Shown piece by piece: positions 59,001 to 64,000 of a stretch of 64,000 nucleotides of DNA. Source of the DNA: Thermoplasmata archaeon. GTDB lineage: Archaea > Thermoplasmatota > Thermoplasmata > Lutacidiplasmatales > UBA184. Each line of letters opens with the position of its first letter. The first letter of the stretch is position 1. The position numbers and the translations under genes were made by a program. The stretch lies in NCBI GenBank assembly GCA_028864975.1, contig JAGWLG010000004.1, positions 32,001-96,000 of the forward strand, given 5' to 3'. The notes below the pieces were generated by a model that was not told where the DNA came from, did not search any database, and saw only the letters and a program-made list of their open reading frames with translations.

Positions 59001-59741
59001 GAGACCTCTCCACTTCCCCAAACCCGTGAGCGTGCTCCCGAGGAGGCAGGGGCAGCACGCCCTCCTCCAGAGAGCGGGCCGGTTGCGGAGGGCGTAGCGG
59101 CGTCCGAATCGACGGCACCCGCCGCGCCTACCGAGGAGGAAATGGCCGCGAGCCTGGCCTCGATGCAAGCCCAGGCTCAGGACGAGGCTGCCCCCGCGCC
59201 ATCGGCCGCACCCGAGGAGGCGGCTCCTGCCGCGGAACCCCGCGAGGCCTCCTCTCTGCCGAGCCCCGAGGTTCCCGAAACGCCTCCGTCGGAGCCCCCC
59301 AGCGAGCCCGCGCCCGCGCCGCCCGTGGCTCCCGCGGTGCCGACGGAGCCCCTTCCTCCCACGCTCCCCGAGCCCGAGGTCGCTCCGCCGCCTCCACCTG
59401 CACCCCTCCAGATCTCCCCCGAGGCCGCGCCGGCACCCCGAAGGCCGCGGGTCCGCAAGGTCCAACGTCCGGTGGTGGCGGCGGCAGCCCCTCCCGCCCC
59501 CGTGGTCCCTGCGGTCTCCCGCCCTCCTCCGTCGCCCGCGCCACCCGTCGCGGTGCCCGCCTCCGTCGTGAAGGCCCCCCGCGAGGGGCTCGTCGCGAGG
59601 GTCGAGGGGGATGTCGAGAAGCTCGAGAAAAAGGTCTCCCGCGCCGTGCGACGTCCCAAGGCGACGTGTCCCCGTTGCGGCAAGGGGGTCTCCGCCAGCG
59701 CCAAGAGCTGCCCGAGCTGCCATGCCCCGCTCGGGGGGTAG
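56031..59741 (+). CDS. Sedolisin (S53) protease with prodomain, TM, long Pro/Ala/Glu-rich tail and double zinc ribbon
   Basis: ELTLD, SGDDG, GTSFASP, GWDAVTGYG; tail CPRC...CPSC. Confidence 0.92.
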   Translation: MAMVEREGGSPRVRGPFRALLRNMRLSPRAVVVFVALASLVVSTWALTPYLPVSAASGTLDELASSHGVLPSWQAARAMHLSVTDPLGLLGYDAATVEGLSNERALASSTPETLGIALIPRDPAGLQQLDLAVNEPGSPLLGHYLTPQQYQERFAPTVAAEQQVEQILRAGGFTVTYASADRSFVQVEGTAGAANALFSTELVAGTYQGRSEVVPSTAPTLPSSLSPYVLSVTGLEVNVAPFSFAPLWSHAITPSSSSTCLLTCSTIYPDWTHFMYDLDKLYNNTASAGPHFAQTSTIGILLWGGSYGGFSPNDIQQYAQGLYWGPPFTYTPYPIDGAAPPGPNAPSDPSLAPMELTLDMEWSESQAPGASLDVVYVPEGTAANNYSPNPVELEHGIAVLVNLSGLTVITQSFGAPEGDQAFQSFFDAEFVHAGALGISVFAASGDDGGSTGSISNGCTQNPQVDYPAASPYATAVGGTAPTVNASGGGGPSGTVGVDTESAWQFSGGGYSTSYGLPPWQRGGSAYATIMTATSNAGARGVPDVAGPAADNAFVYNGALQGGEGTSFASPFWAGLTAEMVAVRGGALLGWLNPRLYALGAAQDQGSLTPAPYREILQGQNPGMAASCLYYAQPGWDAVTGYGAPKDAFNLYADLVANYIDLNITFNPDTASPGSTVTVRVAATNSTNGQPFTSGTIDLRIFSLPQTLKSTPLLTETQVALNSQGTGSFSYSIDLFYKYGHLLAQAEIFSAHSVGSTSSILTVTLLGSWYQAIQPLLAPPWNYLFFALIMGLATALGWVLGLRAPRPIGSPSPLRRLLPVRRRAPVRGPTPGPPVPVSYAGGLGGPRRPSVAARPGPGGPPRRGPGQRPATPRPSGGPATAAQRARPPTAPSGAPTGAPRSMERPAPGTEAQVAPGVTMVVPPKPSPAPPSPVETSSETPPAPSPTAASDAPAVPLPEDATAPPPAATEGSAGTATATPPEVPPEAVASEAETSPLPQTRERAPEEAGAARPPPESGPVAEGVAASESTAPAAPTEEEMAASLASMQAQAQDEAAPAPSAAPEEAAPAAEPREASSLPSPEVPETPPSEPPSEPAPAPPVAPAVPTEPLPPTLPEPEVAPPPPPAPLQISPEAAPAPRRPRVRKVQRPVVAAAAPPAPVVPAVSRPPPSPAPPVAVPASVVKAPREGLVARVEGDVEKLEKKVSRAVRRPKATCPRCGKGVSASAKSCPSCHAPLGG

Positions 59742-59765
59742 GCCCCGGCGGGCGGCCCACGTTTC

Positions 59766-61829
59766 ATGCGGTGTTCCCAGCGTGGACTCGGGCGCCTCCC
59801 TATCCGACCCACGACGGTATCACGTTCCTCCGGGCGGTCTCGCGTCGCCGCGGGGGTGGGGGCACTGGTCGTCCTCACGGTCCTGGGGCTCGCGGGCCTC
59901 GCTGCCCCGCACCCCGCCACGTCGCTCCATGCCACCTCCGCGGCCTCTTCGTCCAGCCCCACGGGCGCCGCCTCCTCCCTCTCCTTCCCCTACCAGCCGC
60001 TCCCGCAAGCGGTGAGCTCGTCCTATCGAAGCGGCCCGGGCGCGTTCTCGACGAGCCCGCCTCCGCTCCTGCCGCGGCAGTTCCGTAGCTCGTACGGCGT
60101 GGACGCCTTGTTGAACGCGAGCGGGGTCTCGAGGTTCCCGGTCAACGAGACGATCGCGGTCGTCGCGTGGGGGTATGGCTACGACCCCTCCGACCTCTCC
60201 ACCTTCTTTGGCACCTACTACCCCTCGAACTTTCCCGTTCCGAAGGTGATCCCGGTCCCTATCGACGGGGCACCGCCGCCGGGGGTCAATGCCCCGAACG
60301 ATCCCTCGGGCGGTTCGCAGGAGCTCACCATCGACATCGAGTGGGCCTCCTCGATGGCCCCCGGGGCGACGATCTACGCCATCTACGCCCCGCCGACGAA
60401 CAGCACCCCCTACAGCCCCACCGACGCGGCCATCGAGGACGCGCTGCACTACGCCGTCGCGATGGGGAACCTTACGGCGCTCTCGATGTCGTTCGGAGAG
60501 GCCCAAGGCTCGGACCCGTCGCTCGAGAGCGCGATGAACACGGACTTCGCTTCGCTCATCAAGAACGGGACGACGGTCCTCTCCTCCTCGGGGGACGACG
60601 GGGGCTCTCCCAACTCTCCGCTCTCGGGCCCGTGCTCGCGGGGGCCCGGGGTCGACTTCCCCGCCGCGAGCCCGTACGTCCTCGCGGTGGGGGGCACGGA
60701 TGCCACGGGAGGGGGGACCGAAACGACGTGGGTGTTCAGCGGTGGAGGCTCGGCCTCGAGCTCGGCCAACGACCCCGCTCCCAGCTGGCAGACGATGGGC
60801 AGTGCGGGAAGCCTCGCCGCCCGCACGGGGACCCGCGGGGTCCCCGACGTCAGTGCGAACGCGAACGACAGCGGCTTCTACTTCAATTCCCGCCTCTCGG
60901 CCGGGATGGGGACCAGCTTCTCCTCGCCCCTCTGGGCCGGGGTCGTCGCCGACCTGGCGAGCGCCGACCATGCGACCTTCGGTCTGCTCGACAGCAAGCT
61001 CTACGCCTTGGGGGCGATCCGTGAAGCGACCGGGATCGGCCTCGCGCCCTTTACCGACATCACGCACGGGGCGAACTGCTACGAGCCCGCCCGACCGGGA
61101 TGGGACCCCGTGACCGGTTGGGGGACCCCCAACGCCTTGGCGCTCGCCCAGCTCCTGCAGGGGACGACCTTCACCCAGCTCGGGCTCTCCTTCCAGCCCT
61201 CCCAGGGCGTCTCCGCGGGGGCCACGGTCACCGCATCGGTCACGGACCCGACCGGGGCCCCAGCCGCGCTCGCAGGGCGGCCCCTGACGGTGAGCCTCCT
61301 CGACCCCTCGAACGATTCGTGGGCCCTCCGGATCTCGGGCATCCTACCCGCTGCGGGCGCGGTCCCCTGGACCGGGACGTTCGCCTTCCCTTCCGGGCTC
61401 ACGGGGAGATGGACGAACGCGACCGTGGTCGTCGAGAACGGGTCGAACTGGGGCGTCGCGAGCGCGGCGTTCGCGCCACCGCCGCGCGGAGCGCCCCCGG
61501 GGCCTTCCGTCTGGGAGCTCCTGATCGACTACCAGCTCCCGCTGCTCGCCGGGTTCATGATCCTCCTCCTCGCGTTCCGCTTCCTGGGCGACCGGCACCG
61601 CTCCATCCTGAAGGGCCCTTCTCCCCGGGAGCTGTCGGGCGAAGCGTGCCCGCCCCCCGCGAAGGGAGACGCGGGGCGGACCCCCGCTTCGAGCCCCGGC
61701 CCCGCCTCGGTCTCCGCCCCACCCACGGCCAGGTACGGCGAGGTGCTGACGCCCTTCTGCTGGAAGTGCGGGACGACGCTCAAAGGTAACGAGGCGCGGT
61801 GTCCGTCGTGCGGCACGCAGTTCTCTTGA
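59766..61829 (+). CDS. Sedolisin (S53) protease apparently lacking the activation prodomain; TM plus double zinc ribbon
   Basis: ELTID, SGDDG, GTSFSSP, GWDPVTGWGTP; tail CWKC...CPSC. Confidence 0.9.
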   Translation: MRCSQRGLGRLPIRPTTVSRSSGRSRVAAGVGALVVLTVLGLAGLAAPHPATSLHATSAASSSSPTGAASSLSFPYQPLPQAVSSSYRSGPGAFSTSPPPLLPRQFRSSYGVDALLNASGVSRFPVNETIAVVAWGYGYDPSDLSTFFGTYYPSNFPVPKVIPVPIDGAPPPGVNAPNDPSGGSQELTIDIEWASSMAPGATIYAIYAPPTNSTPYSPTDAAIEDALHYAVAMGNLTALSMSFGEAQGSDPSLESAMNTDFASLIKNGTTVLSSSGDDGGSPNSPLSGPCSRGPGVDFPAASPYVLAVGGTDATGGGTETTWVFSGGGSASSSANDPAPSWQTMGSAGSLAARTGTRGVPDVSANANDSGFYFNSRLSAGMGTSFSSPLWAGVVADLASADHATFGLLDSKLYALGAIREATGIGLAPFTDITHGANCYEPARPGWDPVTGWGTPNALALAQLLQGTTFTQLGLSFQPSQGVSAGATVTASVTDPTGAPAALAGRPLTVSLLDPSNDSWALRISGILPAAGAVPWTGTFAFPSGLTGRWTNATVVVENGSNWGVASAAFAPPPRGAPPGPSVWELLIDYQLPLLAGFMILLLAFRFLGDRHRSILKGPSPRELSGEACPPPAKGDAGRTPASSPGPASVSAPPTARYGEVLTPFCWKCGTTLKGNEARCPSCGTQFS

Positions 61830-61894
61830 ACGCTCCCTGTTGAACGCACGTGCGTGCATTCCCCTTATCTTCCGGCACCCTCCTCTCCCGCGCC

Positions 61895-63430
61895 GTGGCC
61901 GCGCCCGAGCCCGGGTCGCCGTCGGTGGGCGACCTCACCCTGACCCTCTCCCCGCCCGAGGTCCGCCTGCTGAAGGTGCTGAAGAGCTCGCCCTCGGGCA
62001 AGGCCGTCCCGGAGGAGGAGGTCGCGCAGAGGTCCGAGCTCTCTCCCGACGCCACGCGTGGCGGGCTGGAGCGGTTGCGGAGCAAGAGGCTGACCGTTCT
62101 CGAGGAAAGGAGCGAGGAGCGGTGGACCCTGACGTCGCTTGGGAACTCGGTGGTCAAGGACGGGCTGCCGGAACGTCGCGTGCTGACCGTGCTCGCGGCG
62201 AAGGGGCCGCTCGCCCCCTCGGAGATCCCGGACGCGGCCCTCCCCGTCGCGATCCGCCCCGAGGAGGTCACGATCGCCATCGGTCCGCTGCGGCGCCAAG
62301 GTCGTATCGTCATGGGCGAGAAGCTCTCGGTCGTTATCGAGTATCTGGGAAACGCTCTCGAACTCGAGGGAGCCCTTCAGACCCTTGCGGCGGGCGGCAC
62401 CGTCTCCGAGGACAAGGTCCTCAAGGAGCTCGCACGGCGAGGGGTCCTTTCGAGGTCCCCCGAACGCCACCGGGCATGGAAGCTCTCCCCCGAAGGGCTC
62501 GCGCTCCCGCTGGAGGAGACCTCGACGAGCCTCGGCGCCATCACCCCCTCGTTGCTCAAGAGCCGGGCCTGGGCGAAGGGCTCGTTCCGTCCGTACGACG
62601 TGCGGGCCCAGGTGCCTCACCTGGGCGGGTCGCGCCGCCACCTCTACCGGGAGTGGCTTCGACAGGTGGAGGAGGTCCTGGTGGGGCTCGGGTTCGAGGA
62701 GTTCCGGGGCCCTCTCGTGGAGCTCGAGTTCTACAACAACGACCTGCTCTTCATGCCTCAGGAGCACCCCGCTCGCTCGATGCACGACATGTTCTTCGTC
62801 GAGGGGGTGGAGGGGCATGGACTCCCGCCTCGCCTCCTGCGTTCGGTCGCGGCGGTGCACGAGGGTCGGGCCCTCCCTCGCCAGGGCGCGCCCCTCTCCT
62901 CGGGCTGGCAGACCCCTTATGGGGAGGAGGTGGCGCGACGAGTGGTCCTGAGGAGCCAGACCACCGCGGCGACGATGCGCTACCTCGCTTCCCATCCGAA
63001 GCCCCCCTTCCGCATGTACTCGCTCGACGCGGTCTTCCGCTACGACCAATTGGACGCGACGCACCTGATCCAGTTCGACCAGTGCGAGGGGGCCGTGGGG
63101 AAGAGCGGGCTCACCTTCCGCCACTTGCTCGGGTTGCTGACGCAGTTCGCGAAAGCGCTCGGGATCCCGGAGGTCAAGTTCCAGCCGACCTACTTCCCGT
63201 TCACGGAGCCCTCGGTCCAGGGGTTCGTTCGACATCCCACGCTGGGCTGGGTGGAGATGATGCCGGGAGGCATGTTCCGCCCGGAGGTGCTGAGGCCGCT
63301 CGGCATCAAGGTCCCCGTTGCCGCCTGGGGGATCGGGATCGGCCGGCTCGCCATGGTGGCGCTAGGGCTCAGCGACATCCGCGACCTTTTCATGGACGAC
63401 CTTCCCCGCCTGTCCAAGGCGAGGGTGTGA
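61895..63430 (+). CDS. pheS: Phenylalanine-tRNA ligase alpha subunit (archaeal type)
   Basis: NNDLLFMPQEHPAR, LRSQTTA, FRYDQLDATH, YFPFTEPS, WGIGIGRL; start GTG 61895 preferred (TTAT box about 25 nt upstream). Confidence 0.96.
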   Translation: MAAPEPGSPSVGDLTLTLSPPEVRLLKVLKSSPSGKAVPEEEVAQRSELSPDATRGGLERLRSKRLTVLEERSEERWTLTSLGNSVVKDGLPERRVLTVLAAKGPLAPSEIPDAALPVAIRPEEVTIAIGPLRRQGRIVMGEKLSVVIEYLGNALELEGALQTLAAGGTVSEDKVLKELARRGVLSRSPERHRAWKLSPEGLALPLEETSTSLGAITPSLLKSRAWAKGSFRPYDVRAQVPHLGGSRRHLYREWLRQVEEVLVGLGFEEFRGPLVELEFYNNDLLFMPQEHPARSMHDMFFVEGVEGHGLPPRLLRSVAAVHEGRALPRQGAPLSSGWQTPYGEEVARRVVLRSQTTAATMRYLASHPKPPFRMYSLDAVFRYDQLDATHLIQFDQCEGAVGKSGLTFRHLLGLLTQFAKALGIPEVKFQPTYFPFTEPSVQGFVRHPTLGWVEMMPGGMFRPEVLRPLGIKVPVAAWGIGIGRLAMVALGLSDIRDLFMDDLPRLSKARV

Positions 63431-63448
63431 CGCGGGCGGGTCAGGTCC

Positions 63449-64000
63449 ATGCCACGTTCCACTCTCTCGACCGAGCGGTTGTTCGGTCTCCTGGGTCAGC
63501 AGCTCTCGGAGTCCGAGCTTCGCGAGACCCTTTTCCGCACGAAGGTCGAGATCGAGTCGCTTAAGGACGGGCTGGTCGAGGTCGAGGTCAACGCCGACCG
63601 CCTGGACCTTCTCGACGAGGGAGGGCTCGCGCTCGAGCTCCAGGGCGCGATGGGAAAGGCGACGGGGCCGGTCCTCCGCGTGGATGGGGAAGCGCTCCCC
63701 GGGGTCGAGGCGCGGGTGAACGCCTCGGTGGCCCCGCTGCGACCCGAGCTCTCGATGGCGGTGGTCGAAGCTCCCCCAGGGAAGGCCCTGGACGAAGGGC
63801 TCCTCGAGGAGCTCGTTCGCTACCAGGAACTCCTCCATGCGACGCTCGGTCGGCTCCGTCAGGCGGCGAGCATCGGGCTCTACCCGATCGAGAAGCTTCG
63901 CCCTCCGTTCCACTATGCGATGGAGCCCCTGGGCCAGGTCCGCTTCGTGCCTCTCGGGGGAACCACGGAGGTCTCCGGAGAGGCGTTCTATCCGGAGCAC
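63449..64000 (+). CDS. pheT: Phenylalanine-tRNA ligase beta subunit, 5' part
   Basis: Manual translation MPRSTLS...EVNADRLDLLDEGG...YQELLHATLGRLR...SIGLY; follows pheS; runs off the window. Confidence 0.93.
   Translation, partial: MPRSTLSTERLFGLLGQQLSESELRETLFRTKVEIESLKDGLVEVEVNADRLDLLDEGGLALELQGAMGKATGPVLRVDGEALPGVEARVNASVAPLRPELSMAVVEAPPGKALDEGLLEELVRYQELLHATLGRLRQAASIGLYPIEKLRPPFHYAMEPLGQVRFVPLGGTTEVSGEAFYPEH

Noticed and set aside
1-64000. Many long ORF-track entries antisense or off-frame to real genes (e.g. 42-1136, 6692-9289, 12924-14930, 18886-20469, 21980-24151, 32588-34273, 56181-58349, 61840-63564)
   Set aside because: Arg/Gly/Pro-rich shadow frames expected at high GC; no motifs; each overlaps a confidently identified gene.
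1-64000. CRISPR array, rRNA, IS element or integrase
   Set aside because: No regularly spaced repeats, rRNA signatures, transposase or recombinase motifs or terminal repeats seen by eye.

Overview
High-GC archaeal chromosomal DNA. Archaeal-type uS12, uS7, aEF-2, PriL, Csl4, SRP54, PheRS and an ATP-dependent ligase, plus thermopsin, sedolisin and PKD surface proteins, point to Thermoplasmata, possibly an acid-adapted lineage such as UBA184/Lutacidiplasmatales (inference, not tested). The window holds about 45 genes: housekeeping genes, a biotin-dependent carboxyl-transfer cluster, three unrelated MNT-HEPN modules, four membrane-anchored proteases, an Opp/Dpp ABC transporter and one intron-containing tRNA-Leu(UAA). 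I found no rRNA, CRISPR array, transposase or integrase. Most ORF-track entries are GC-rich shadow frames, and several real genes have over-extended starts, which I corrected. Best leads: (1) an EF-2 with both monovalent-cation-site residues of the GTPase centre replaced; (2) a 12S/5S/1.3S-like transcarboxylase set with no biotin carboxylase or Na+ pump subunit in the window; (3) surface proteases with cytoplasmic zinc fingers, including a textbook C2H2; (4) a tRNA whose discriminator base is the A of the next gene's ATG; (5) a GlyA-like enzyme lacking SHMT catalytic residues; (6) a DUF835-like domain inserted inside an AAA/STAND ATPase.
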